Assembly: GCA_000091205.1 (NCBI GenBank)
Contig: AP006499.2
Source of the DNA: Cyanidioschyzon merolae
Taxonomy: Eukaryota
Direction: 5' to 3' (one strand)
Length of the DNA stretch: 64,000 nt
Under the pieces are notes generated by a model that saw only the letters and a list, made by a program, of their open reading frames with translations, ran no database searches and was not told the DNA's origin. Both the position numbers and the translations under genes were made by a program. Positions 53,967 to 64,000 of this stretch are shown in pieces. Each line of letters begins with the position of its first letter. The stretch's first letter is position 1.

Positions 53967-55439
53967 TTATGACTTGCCATCCGATGCGGAGGCATGCTGC
54001 TGCTGCTGCTGCTGCTGCAGTTGTTGTTGTTGTTGTTGTTGGTTGAGCGCAAACCATTCCGGCCGCCAGCGTGCCGGGATCGCACGATGTGTGAACTGGC
54101 GCGAACCGGCTGCAAACTCTGCCACAGTATGCCCCGCACCGTAGAGACGATATTTGTAGGTGACCAGACCCTCGAGACCAACTGGACCTCGCGCGTGAAT
54201 GCGGTTTGTGCTGATACCCACTTCACTACCGAAACCGTACCGAAAACCGTCGGCGAAACGCGTCGAGGCGTTGTGGTATACGCCAGCGGCATCGACAGCG
54301 GCGAGAAAACACTCCGCTGTGTTCACATCCTCGGTAATGATACAATCGGTATGATGTGAGCCGTGCTCATTGATATGCGAAATCGCCTCGTCCATCGATT
54401 CCACAATCTTGACCGCCAGAATGTAGTCCAGAAACTCGGTATCCCAGTCCTCGGCGGTTGCTCTGCGCAGGAGCTTCTGCTTGGTATCCTGGTTCCGCGT
54501 TGAAACCAGAACCTTTTGGAGATGCGCAAAAGCGTCCTCATCGGCCCGAATTTCCACATTTTGCTTCCAAAGTGCCTGTGCAACCTGCTCCAGAACCCCG
54601 CGTTCCATTGCCAACCGGTGACAGATCAGCGTCTCGAGCGCGTTGCACGCTGCCGGGTACTGCGTCTTCGAGTCGACGACGATGCGCACCGCCTTGTCGG
54701 GGTCGGCATCCTTGTCGATGTAGCAGGCACAGAGGCCGTCCGCGTGACCAAGTACAGGCACCGTTGTATTTGCTTTGATGTACCGAACGAGCGATTGGCT
54801 GCCCCGCGGAACCACAAGGTCCAGGTACTGGTCCAGTTTCAGGAGCTCAGCGATCTCCGCTCGGGTCGTGACCAGCTGCAAAGCGTTCGCGTACCGGGCA
54901 CCGAGCGTGCGTTCAACGCCTAGGCGCATGGCCGCTGTAAGTGCCTGGTTCGTGGCGGTGGCCTCACGCCCGCCTTTCAGCACCACCGCATTCGCAGACT
55001 TGAGACCCAGCGTGCCGATCTGCACGAGCGCGTCCGGGCGCGACTCAAATATCACGCAAATCACGCCAATTGGGCACGTGACTCGGTACAGTTCGAGGCC
55101 GTCCGCTGCAAGCTCTGTCGCCAACGTGACGCGTCCGACAGGGTCCGGAAGCGTGCGCAGCTGGTCGATTCCCGCCAGCAGCGTATCAAACTTTCCAGAC
55201 CCAGAAAGATCGAGGCGTTTCAGTAATACTTTATCGAGTTTGCCTTGTTCGCAAAGTGCCTCAGCCTGACGCAAATCGCTTTGGTTCGCGGCGAGGATCT
55301 CGGCCCGTTGCTCTGCGAGCGCCTCACGAACAGCAAGCAGCGTTCTATCCTTCTGCTGGCTGGAAAGCGTCTGACAAACAAGTGCTGCCTGACGCGCTTG
55401 TTGCGCAACTTGCAAGATACTCTCTGTTTCAGTCGTCAT
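53967..55439 (-). CDS. Gamma-glutamyl phosphate reductase (glutamate-5-semialdehyde dehydrogenase, ProA/Pro2 type) with C-terminal polyQ tail
   Basis: Aldehyde-dehydrogenase-fold ProA signatures (…VICVIFESRPDALVQIGTLGLKSANAVVLKGG…HADGLCACYID…CNALETLICHR…HTDCIITED…YHNASTRFADGFRYGFGSEVGIST…). It ends …QQQQQQQLQQQQQQQHASASDGKS. Confidence 0.85.
   Translation of the reverse strand: MTTETESILQVAQQARQAALVCQTLSSQQKDRTLLAVREALAEQRAEILAANQSDLRQAEALCEQGKLDKVLLKRLDLSGSGKFDTLLAGIDQLRTLPDPVGRVTLATELAADGLELYRVTCPIGVICVIFESRPDALVQIGTLGLKSANAVVLKGGREATATNQALTAAMRLGVERTLGARYANALQLVTTRAEIAELLKLDQYLDLVVPRGSQSLVRYIKANTTVPVLGHADGLCACYIDKDADPDKAVRIVVDSKTQYPAACNALETLICHRLAMERGVLEQVAQALWKQNVEIRADEDAFAHLQKVLVSTRNQDTKQKLLRRATAEDWDTEFLDYILAVKIVESMDEAISHINEHGSHHTDCIITEDVNTAECFLAAVDAAGVYHNASTRFADGFRYGFGSEVGISTNRIHARGPVGLEGLVTYKYRLYGAGHTVAEFAAGSRQFTHRAIPARWRPEWFALNQQQQQQQLQQQQQQQHASASDGKS
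53994..54042. repeat. (ctg)6-ctgcag-(ttg)7 trinucleotide repeat (CAG/CAA on the coding strand, encoding polyQ in the ProA homologue)
   Basis: ctgctgctgctgctgctgcagttgttgttgttgttgttgttg. Confidence 0.85.
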
Positions 55440-55461
55440 TTGTAAAGCACGGGTCTGCGTC

Positions 55462-57773
55462 TTACTTAGCGATGAGCCGCCACGAACGATAAACGTCTTT
55501 CAAAAGAAAAACGCTGTCGCCAGTCGTGTACAGTAGTGGCGACCGGCGCCTTAGACAAACCGTCTCCAACTCAGTGTAGACGCCTCCCCGTCTTTTGGAC
55601 CGGCCACCTACTCCTGCTTCCATTTTTTTCTCATATAGTTCCACTTTGGGAGGTTGTCCAAAAAAATTGTCTCTTGGCAAGTCGTCTCCAGCACCGTACA
55701 TCTCCGTATACTGATAGCGGCATTAAAGTCACGATTCACAAACTCCATACGTTTCTTGCCATCACTGGTTGTGCTAACCAATGCAAGTAGTCCCCGAACT
55801 TTCGCCCTGCTTTCCATTTGCTCTTCCGTCAGCGGTCCATACTTTTTTATATCCTCAGGGCTCCTCTGGCACTTTTCCATATCGACCCTCTGAAGTGTAC
55901 ACCCCAGTTCATGGTGTGTATACGATGTTCAAATTTCATCTACAGGTATCGTAACGAAACGCCTTGCGCACTCCTTGATCGTTCCTGTCGTTGGAGCTGG
56001 CGTAGTCCCTTTTTTCGACGCCCAGCGCCCTGCTCCGTATGCTACAACCAGCCTCTGACTTTCATTCTCCTTGAGGGCACTCAACTCATTGAAAAAATTC
56101 GGAAATCCCCGCTGCTTCTCACAGTATAGATTCATCCGCAGACGAGCCGACCGGAGCTTTGTATACTCTTCCCAAAGTGCATCCCAATGCGCAACATGAA
56201 CTTCCAGGAACTCCCAGAACGCTTCAAAGTCCGCTCCACGGCTCGTCATCTCGCTCAGAGCTTCCAGGTGATCCTTCATTCCATGTCTCGACTTTCTTCC
56301 TCGCATTCATTATACCGGATTCTCGATGGTATCTTGCTCTCGAGAACCTCAAAAGACGCATGTCTTTCTGACGAAAGTTGCCCTCAGTACCATCTTCCGC
56401 ACGCTTCGGTGCTGCGATGGTGATGATATTTGTGTTTCCGGGGTCCGCGCCAACAACAAAGTCGTTCTCCTGCACTTTCTGTGTGGCAGGATCCGCGTCC
56501 TTCTTTTCTTCATGCTCAGCCGCGCCAACGACAAGATCGTTATCCTCCACCTCCTGCATCACAGGATCCTCCTCTTTGTTTTCTTCATCCATCGTTACGG
56601 GCGCAGCCGAGGGCGGAACTGGCCAATCTTTCTTCGACGGCCGATAGTGTACACACAAGGCTACTCCATCAGTTTCGATCATCCCAGTGAATACCTTTTG
56701 TTTGCTCACTTTGAGACTTTTGAAATCGAAGACGTTCTTCCGGTACGTCTCCCGGTTTTCGCCGGTGAATTCCCCCCCTGCTGACACTGAACCCCAGACT
56801 GATCTCCTTCATGATGCCGTAAAGGATTCTGGAATCGATGCTCACAAAATGTGACTTGATGTTGCACACTGGAACGGCACTGAAGCGCTTCCCCATTAGG
56901 AAAGTCTTCCGGTCTAACGACTCTTCATTTTTTCCTCACTCAGATCCATCTCCGCCTTGCGTTCGAGTTCTCGGTCCAAAAATACGAAATCGCGCAGAAT
57001 TAAGGGACCACATCTTTTTCTATGTCTTCTCATATCTGATACCTCTGCTGCTGGATTCGCCAGCCCCAAGACTGCACGTTGCTCTTGTATAGCCTCACGG
57101 ATTGCAGAAGCTTAATTCTTTCTCTTGCGTAATCTCTTCTTGTCAACGAACTCGATCTCATCTTGATACTTTCGATCGTTCGTGATGCCATTGATAATCG
57201 CCCATTTTCCATCGCGAGATAGGCCCGAGTAGAGTGCAAACATGGCGCCTATCATGAAACGTTCGAGGTTTACTGTCAAATGGTTCTTCAGATTCGTGAG
57301 GTACTTCATCGCCCCATAGTCGTAAATATCCCGGTCACCCCTGTATCGAGTACCCTCGAAGCGGAATTCCGCGAAGTTTTCGTGGAGGGCATCCACTAGC
57401 ACATTTTCCTTCAGCGCTTGCGCTGTACCAAGCATCAGTTGACGAGTCAAGGTCTTGTCGAAGAATTCTTCCGGAATCTCGACCGTTTCCATGTGCATCA
57501 CGTCGCCGTACATCTCCCTCGCCAAATGCATCAGCCCTGACGACGCCTTGACAATACTCTTCGAGTCTGAGTTGACACGTTTTTGATAGCATCTCGCAAG
57601 TTTTCCTTCGACGGATCCTTGATATATTTAAGAAGACCGGCGTTCACCACCATCTCGTCGTACTGTCGTCTTTCTTGCCGCCTTCGACGTAGCACCTCGC
57701 CCTTTTGCTTCTTCGCCTTTTCCTGTTCCTCTATATTCGGAACTGGTTCCGTTTTTCTCCGGCAGCTGTCCAC
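55462..57773 (-). pseudogene. Fanzor/TnpB-like gene of copy C, broken by several frameshifts
   Basis: Overlapping ORFs 57531-57773, 57112-57531, 56669-56896, 56224-56787, 55929-56306, 55608-55880 and 55462-55701 (all minus strand) together reconstruct the copy B protein (…[63 protein letters not shown]…, …[17 protein letters not shown]…). The overlaps indicate frameshifts rather than introns. Confidence 0.55.
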
Positions 57774-58022
57774 GCTACTCCTCCAGGATATTTTACTTCC
57801 TTTTCCATAACTTTCCTTTTTTCAGTATTTTTCGGAAAGAACGCTCTTCGAACGCTTCTGTTATAAACCGCGAAAAATCACTTGAATTATCTAAACCGAA
57901 GTTTGAGACACGATTGAACAGAAAACTATAGTTTGCTATGACTTGAACGCAAATGCAACTTGTACGGCAGAGCAAGATCATAAACATCAGGACCACGTTT
58001 CCCTCCAACGGCAACATGCGCG
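55518..58022 (-). mobile_element. Fanzor/TnpB-like element, copy C (pseudogenised, ~2.5 kb)
   Basis: The reverse complement of 57781-58022 aligns with the copy B left end (…acg|cgcatgttgccgttggagggaaacg…agttgcatttgcgtt…). The reverse complement of 55518-55690 aligns with the copy B right-end tail (…ccactactgtacacgactggcg). Confidence 0.6.
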
Positions 58023-59031
58023 TAGTATCTCATGCCTGCATGATCTCCCAGGTACGCGTATCGAACACACTATGTGGAACAAAGAACAGAGACGAACGAT
58101 TCACGAGCTTCGATATATATATATATTTCGTTCCCCCCTCTACGATGAACGTTACAAGGGGGAAAGATTTCGGTATTTTAGAAAGTTTACCTCCTAGGCG
58201 GAAGGTCCATAGAGCCGTACGAGTCTGCTAGGCTGGTGCTCGGTGTGCCTCTAAAGTGGCTGGTGCTTTAGCGAGACCTGAGCAACTCGTCTGCAACGCA
58301 GTTTATACTAGGTCTCGGATAGGGTATGCTGCGTTTGGGCGTCGCCCAGGTCCTAGTGGGCTCCTTGTATATCGCTTCGCGCTACCACAGGCAGAACGTC
58401 TCTCTGTACAGCTTGCAGGCTCCCAGAATGATAATTAACCGTGATTCCGTGTCAGGTGTAGGATTCTGCGAGCCGACGCCCTCAGTGGTATGGCAAAGTC
58501 GTTCTGTCTCCGTGCAGCGTCTGCCCCAGTGGTATACGCGCTACGGCGGGTGCAGCAAGGCAGGCACTCGGCACACGACAGAACATACGAAACGGCCAGT
58601 ATACCCGAGAGGAAGTATAAGTAGTGGAACTTGAATGTAGGTGCTTCATCACTGACGCTTTCCCGCAAGCCATGACCCATCCCGAATTCTGGGATGCATG
58701 GTCAATGTAATCGTTTTGTCATCTGGAAAAACAGCAACATGAACATCGACGACATGCGTCATGAGAAACGTGCCAAGGAATGCTAGTCATATACAAAGCG
58801 GTCATGCGAATCCAGAAATCATGGACATGGGCATCGCAATGCCGGTCCATGATCGACAGCCATGCGAACATGCATGACATGTCCATTGCAATGCGACAAT
58901 CTATGACATGCGGCGATGAAAGAGCGTGCAGCGAACGCGCGCGCCGATCGACATGGCGCGCCGCGATCGAGACGCGCGCGTCGTTCGCGCGGCGGTGACC
59001 TGTTTTCGGTAACGCACAAACGACGACGAGT

Positions 59032-59757
59032 TTGGCTTTCGTACATCTACACATGGCACGAGTTCTCGGGTCGGTGGCTGCCCAACCGAAATGGGTGCCA
59101 CTGGAATCGAACCCAGACTTATGGAATGAATATATGTATCACCTAGGTGTTGAAGGAGGACGTCCAGCGTTCGTGGACGTCCTGTCGCTGACGGAGGCAG
59201 TGGCGCAGCTTCCGCAACCTGTGCACGCGCTGGTGGTGTGTTTCCCACTGGGCGCACGGGAAGCCAGCTCCCCGGTTAGAACTGTAGGGTCTGACGTGTG
59301 CTATTATTTTTGCGCACAAACAGTACAAAACGCGTGTGGAACTATGGCGCTGCTGCACGCTGTCTTGAACAACTGTGAACGCGCGTCCATCCAGCTTCGG
59401 CCGAGCTCCGTACTGGAAAAGTTGCAGGCGCACGCTCGTGACTTTCCAAACGCAACGCCTTTAGAACGAGCAGAGTTTCTAGAAGGTGACGAGGCCCTGG
59501 CTGCAGCGCACGATGCATATGCTGCCGCGGGACAGACAACGGCACCTGCACCAGACACCGACACCGATTTGCACTTCATTTGCCTAATTCGGGACCGCAG
59601 CGGCCGTCGTCTTCTCGAGCTCGATGGCAGGAAACACGGTCCAGTAGACCATGGGGAAACGAACGCCGAAACTTTTGTAGAGGATGCGTGTAGGCTAATC
59701 CAGAACAAATTTGTGCAGCGGGGTCCGTACCTAACTGTCATGGCGCTGTGCGGCTGA
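59032..59757 (+). CDS. Ubiquitin C-terminal hydrolase, UCH family (peptidase C12; UCH-L3-like)
   Basis: …KWVPLESNPDLWNEYMYHLGV…FVDV…YYFCAQTVQNACGTMALLHAVLN…LHFICLIRDRSGRRLLELDGRKHGPVDHGET… is colinear with UCH-L3 (WLPLEANPEV…[21 protein letters not shown]…LHFIALV…LYELDGRKPFPINHGET), including the catalytic Cys and His. Confidence 0.85.
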   Translation: MAFVHLHMARVLGSVAAQPKWVPLESNPDLWNEYMYHLGVEGGRPAFVDVLSLTEAVAQLPQPVHALVVCFPLGAREASSPVRTVGSDVCYYFCAQTVQNACGTMALLHAVLNNCERASIQLRPSSVLEKLQAHARDFPNATPLERAEFLEGDEALAAAHDAYAAAGQTTAPAPDTDTDLHFICLIRDRSGRRLLELDGRKHGPVDHGETNAETFVEDACRLIQNKFVQRGPYLTVMALCG

Positions 59758-62316
59758 GCTTGCGTATCGTTTGCGCTCTGACCAGTGGGCATCGTTGGAT
59801 TGTGGTGCTCGCAGCCGTGTCTGCCGCGCTGACTTATCTTCTCCTCCAGCAAAAGTGTAGATGTTGCTTAGGCGGCTGCAGAGAGCACGATCGTGAACAT
59901 AGGCACCGGTTCCTGAAAGGTCGTCGCTGTATCTGCGGGTCCTGGCTCCACTGTTGATGCAGCAGTCGCTGGGATTCCGGGCCGGGCGAGAAGATCTGAA
60001 AAGTGTACAAGCGACTTAGGCGCAAGGAGCAAGTTGCGTGGACGGATCGACGCGGTCTTCTTATCGAGAGAACGCGAGCAATCAGGGTACTGTCACTTGC
60101 GCTCGACCAAGACTGGCGGTTCGTTTCCCGCGTGGCATCTGTCGTGCTATCCAGGAGCCGCTGCGCGTCACCGTCACGCTCGGTAGGCTTGATGCGGTAT
60201 TCCGCAAACTGGACTGGTTTGAGCAGCATGACGTAACGTTGTGTGGATGCTGTCGCCTTGTTCGCGTTTCCAGGACACCTGCTTTGGGTAGTCCAGTCGA
60301 GTACACGTAGCTTTCTGATGCTACAAGCTCGATAGACCCGTTACCCACGCGTGCGCATTTTTGCAGCCTTTACTGGCACTCCACAGAGCGTATCTACTTC
60401 GTCGAACGTAGGCGACATGGCGCACGGGCCGAGCAAGTGATCATCTAGGTGCGATCAAAACGGTACATTGCCATCCACGACGCAAGAGCGCTTGGTAGAC
60501 GGCATGCAACCATACCAGCATTTATTGCATAGTGCATAATGCGCATCCAGCGTATATCACTGACGAGAGGCGGGCGTGTCGCAGAGAAGACACGCCAGCT
60601 ACGCAGGTCTGAGATTGCGATTGGAGCAGGGCGTTGCGAGCGGCGACGCTCAATGAAGAGCCAACGGAATCCAGTGGCTGGGCACTAACGATACCCCGCA
60701 CAACGCTGGTTGTACATGGAAACTATCTAGCATATACTCAGCAATAGCGAATAACAGAACGCCATCATGGTTCACAAACTGCACAGGAAAGTTGTTCGCG
60801 GTATATACATACGGCGCTCGTGCTGTACTGCGTTGCGGACCGCACCATACCAGTGCCTTGCTTCGGGCGAGAATTCTAAGGGACTCCTCTCGAGGCTTTT
60901 GGATTTTAGTCATAGAAAGTCTCGAACGTTTCAGCACAATGCCCAGACTGCGTATTAAACGATTTTCTCGTACATTCGCTCGAGCCGAAGCTGCTGCATG
61001 CCACGGATGCATGCCACATTTCCAAATGTTTACGAATACCCAGAGGTCTCGGTGCCGAACGTCAGCACACGCACTGTTGCCGGTGGACGCACACCAGCGC
61101 AAGCCGCTCACCATCGATTGCCACTCCACGTGACGTTCGGTCCGCGTACCGTGCAGTATACTGTGCACTCGTCTCTGTTTCATGCTCTTCTTCTCTAGCT
61201 GTCTCAACGGGCGCCCTCGCTGGTGATGCGTTCATGTCATCCTGGATGCATCGACGGGAATGGTAACGAATCGAATCCTGCATTCGGTGAACGCGCTCGT
61301 CGAAGGTACAGGTGGGCGCCAATGTGTGATGCAGCATCTCCAGCGCCACTGGACAGAACCAAACGACACGAATTATCCGTCATTGCCTTTCCAGACACAT
61401 TGAACAAGCTGATGAGTGCAAGCCTCGTGCCCGAGTATGCCAGGAACCGTTGGCAAGCCGAGCGCTGTCCCGGGCACGCTCTAAAGCGTGCGTTGATACC
61501 TTCCATCGGTGCCCTGTTTTCTGGGCGATTGGCCTCAGGCTGCGATGGGTACAACCCAGACACGGTGCGCTTCATTCAGCGTTCGAGACCGATCCGTATC
61601 TAATTTTTGAGGCTGGTCTGATCATTGGTGGCAGCAGCGAAATAAACTTTTTTTGCGACGGCTGAAATCGCTTGGCGAAGCGTCGAGGTATTCTGGAGAG
61701 CGGGGCTTCGAATCTCTGATCCTTTGATCGGGCCGTCTCGCATCCTCTGTCCAGCACATCCTTCATGCTGTCGCGTGATGCCCTAATCGAGACATGATAG
61801 GGAAATGGGAATAGATGGGAGCTCTGCGTCCGGAAACTCGTACGACCGGTTCGTGGACGGGATATGTCAAGGCGAGCGTAGCCAGGCACGTCTTCTTCGA
61901 GTAAGAAGCTATGCGACTTTTAAAGGTGTCTTGCACCTTTCAGTATTAGGGAAGCGAACGACTCTTGTATGGATTCATGGGCGCTAGAACGGTGTGTGAA
62001 AACAGAGCGAATGCCTTTGACAGGATTCAACCTGGGAGAACATGCTGGCACGACGTCGAGTCGGCGCCAAGCTTAGCTTTGTTCCCAATAACCGATTTTT
62101 AGTGGCCGAAAAAGACGGTGCATAAGAGCAGGACAGAAGAATACGGGAAGCAGACGCCGCAGAATGTGCTTCGGCCAAGGATCCGGGGTTGAATGATTCG
62201 CTTTGTTCGTGGATCCATGGGGAATCACAGGATTGCATGGTCATCAGGGCGGGTATTGTCGGGAAGCACGTTGATCGCTCTCGTTTACGAACAGCAGTGT
62301 TTTATTCTTCGAGTAC

Positions 62317-62742
62317 CTATGCACAGGTGTACCTTTTCTTCCGAATCAAAAGTATCATCGAGAGAAACGAAGACTGGTGTCTTCTGCTGTGTAAGCGTTC
62401 GCTCTTCACTGCGAAATCGATGGTGTCTTGTTTCACATGCAACGCTCTCCCATAGAAGCGCGGGATTTTCTCTGTCCACTTGTGTCCTTTCATCAGCTTC
62501 TGAATCAACGATATGGAAGATTCACATCCTATGGCTTCGTTGATCGTGCTATTTAGTAATTGTATGGAATAAATTGGATTGAACAGGTGAAAGTATATCA
62601 TATAGTGTTTGATTAGCTCTGGTTTAAGTGCACGTCGTTCATGTTGTGGACGACGAGAACAGTTGTTCATCCACCAGGTTACCGTAGAATGACTGACTTG
62701 CATATGGGCGGGTAATTCTTCGCAAGCTCGCAGAGACATCAT
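62317..62742 (-). mobile_element. Possible Tc1/mariner-like transposase N-terminal (helix-turn-helix) remnant inside an AT-rich island
   Basis: 141-codon ORF with …AHMQVSHSTVTWWMNNCSRRPQHERRALKPELIKHYMIYF…, resembling the paired-like HTH of Tc1/mariner transposases (…S.STV.RWL…GRP…L). No DDE/D domain is found downstream. Local GC content is clearly lower than the surroundings. Confidence 0.25.
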
Positions 62743-63444
62743 ATGGTCCTTTCGCGACCTTTTGCCCGTCTACAACATTCATTCCCTTTGTTCAATATCT
62801 GAGAGAAAAATAAACGAAATCAAGAAAGACGTCCTGGTACATGTATTCACGAATTCAGCGCTCTGAATATGACCGAGTTCATGGCGATGCAACCGCGTAT
62901 ACCACACCGTAGCTGCAGGTGGTGCAGGTGTTGTTCGCGTCTCCCGAGCGTCGCACGTTCTCAACCAATTCACATGCGAAGAGCGTCCTGTGTCGAGACG
63001 TGCGCTGCGCGCTTGCGACGCAACGTCCTTTCGATAGCGAGTCAGCGCTCGAGACGTTGATGAGTCGAGATGATGACGACCTTGTCGTTTGATTTTACTT
63101 GAATAAAGTAGGCTCGAATTAGAAATGTGCATTCATTCGCGAATGATGTTCGTCGTTCATCGCAGTGTGGAACCGACCATGCCTACTGCGACATGTCCAC
63201 GATGCCACCGATCCGGGGCAACACCCAGGTTCTAGACGACATAAATGGGCAGGTGCAGCACGCTATACCCCAGACCTGTTTCCACTCTGGTACAGTAGCC
63301 ATGAACCGGCACCCAAGGACGACGCTCAAGTGCTCCGTGCGTGAATCGGAGAACCCAGCTAAGCTCCGGCGGCGAGCGAGACCAACGCTAGATGGTTGAA
63401 CGTGTGGTGGCGATATCGCCACATCCCTCGTCTTTGGTGAGCCC

Positions 63445-63966
63445 TCAGATCCAATCCTCCTCGTTTTTCTCCACCTCTTTAAGCGCGATTTTTGCTGTCC
63501 AGTTCCCTTTCCAGTCAGTGCTTAGCTGAACGCGACCTTGTTTCGCGACCCCAATGCACTTACCTGCAGTATCGCAGGCAACCCCGAGTTTGATTGGCGC
63601 GAACTCCTCCGGCTGCCCCTTCAGTCGGAAGGTTTTAATGAGTCCCGCGCGCACCACTGCGTACCGGTAGCGCAGCTTGCTGTGTGAGGTTGCCAGAATA
63701 CCGTGCAAGCGGAAAGTCTCGCCAGAATCCAACACCCAATCCCGTTTGACAGCGACCCGTGAGCTGATCCGGTTATAGCAGTCGACTTTGCCACCCAGCG
63801 TAACCGTAGAAGGGAACCATGCGCCCCTTACGGAAAAGTCCTTCTGGTAGCTCGCCTGGAAGTAAGGGGAGCCCAGTCCGGGCGAAGCGATGCCCAGCAG
63901 CTGCAACACACCGCCGTCACGAAAGCAAAAGTCCCGTGATGCGACCGCATCCCAGTCACGGTTCAC
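63445..63966 (-). CDS. Hypothetical protein, probably 5'-truncated by the window edge; alternating hydrophobic pattern suggests beta-rich fold
   Basis: 173-codon ORF running into the window end. No family recognised. Confidence 0.2.
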   Translation of the reverse strand: MNRDWDAVASRDFCFRDGGVLQLLGIASPGLGSPYFQASYQKDFSVRGAWFPSTVTLGGKVDCYNRISSRVAVKRDWVLDSGETFRLHGILATSHSKLRYRYAVVRAGLIKTFRLKGQPEEFAPIKLGVACDTAGKCIGVAKQGRVQLSTDWKGNWTAKIALKEVEKNEEDWI

Positions 63967-64000
63967 TGATTCATAAACGAGAGAAACCTCAGTTTTACTC

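Noticed and set aside
58250-58330. Short inverted repeat (gagacct…aggtctc) that could be an RNA hairpin
   Set aside because: The 7-bp stem has no conserved partner features. It does not resemble a tRNA or snRNA and is likely chance.
1-64000. CRISPR arrays, rRNA and tRNA genes
   Set aside because: No repeat-spacer architecture and no rRNA-like segments. I could not identify canonical tRNA cloverleaf or B-box (GGTTCGAxTCC) signatures by eye. tRNAs cannot be fully excluded without a dedicated scan.

Overview
This window is a GC-rich (~60%), gene-dense, apparently intron-poor eukaryotic nuclear segment; a stramenopile/oomycete-like or similar protist origin is inferred from the gene content. I recognise about 25 protein genes, mostly unspliced and 0.2-1.5 kb apart: a GT39 protein O-mannosyltransferase-like gene, the proteasome ubiquitin receptor Rpn13/ADRM1, an FTR1 iron permease, a two-gene UDP-rhamnose pathway (UDP-glucose 4,6-dehydratase plus NRS/ER 3,5-epimerase/4-reductase), V-ATPase subunit E, a TBC/rhodanese RabGAP, a TACO1/YebC-like gene, an EGY-like M50 site-2 protease, a WDR76/CMR1-like WD40 gene, PEX19, an ORMDL-family gene, glutamate 5-kinase, peptidyl-tRNA hydrolase, lipoate-protein ligase, gamma-glutamyl phosphate reductase and a UCH-type deubiquitinase. 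The main finding is three diverged copies (~872-3316 plus strand, ~32840-35516 plus strand, ~55518-58022 minus strand) of a ~2.5-2.7 kb mobile element. Each copy encodes a TnpB/Fanzor-like RuvC nuclease with RuvC-I ...VVGADPxNTN..., a possibly relocated Glu in ...PVDEF..., and RuvC-III ...[10 protein letters not shown]. All three copies carry a conserved ~300 aa N-terminal ORF, a conserved GTGAGT site, and a well-conserved non-coding 3' tail that is a candidate guide-RNA (omegaRNA) scaffold. The TnpB/Fanzor-like ORF holds a 75-bp tandem repeat that re-duplicates the RuvC-I segment, with 4, 2 and 1 units in the three copies. Copy B has an intact 429-aa TnpB/Fanzor-like ORF; copies A and C are pseudogenised. 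I also noted an in-frame TAA in the otherwise intact FTR1 gene, a Tc1/mariner-like helix-turn-helix remnant in an AT-rich island, and several micro/minisatellites. I found no CRISPR array or rRNA, and could not reliably identify tRNA genes by eye.
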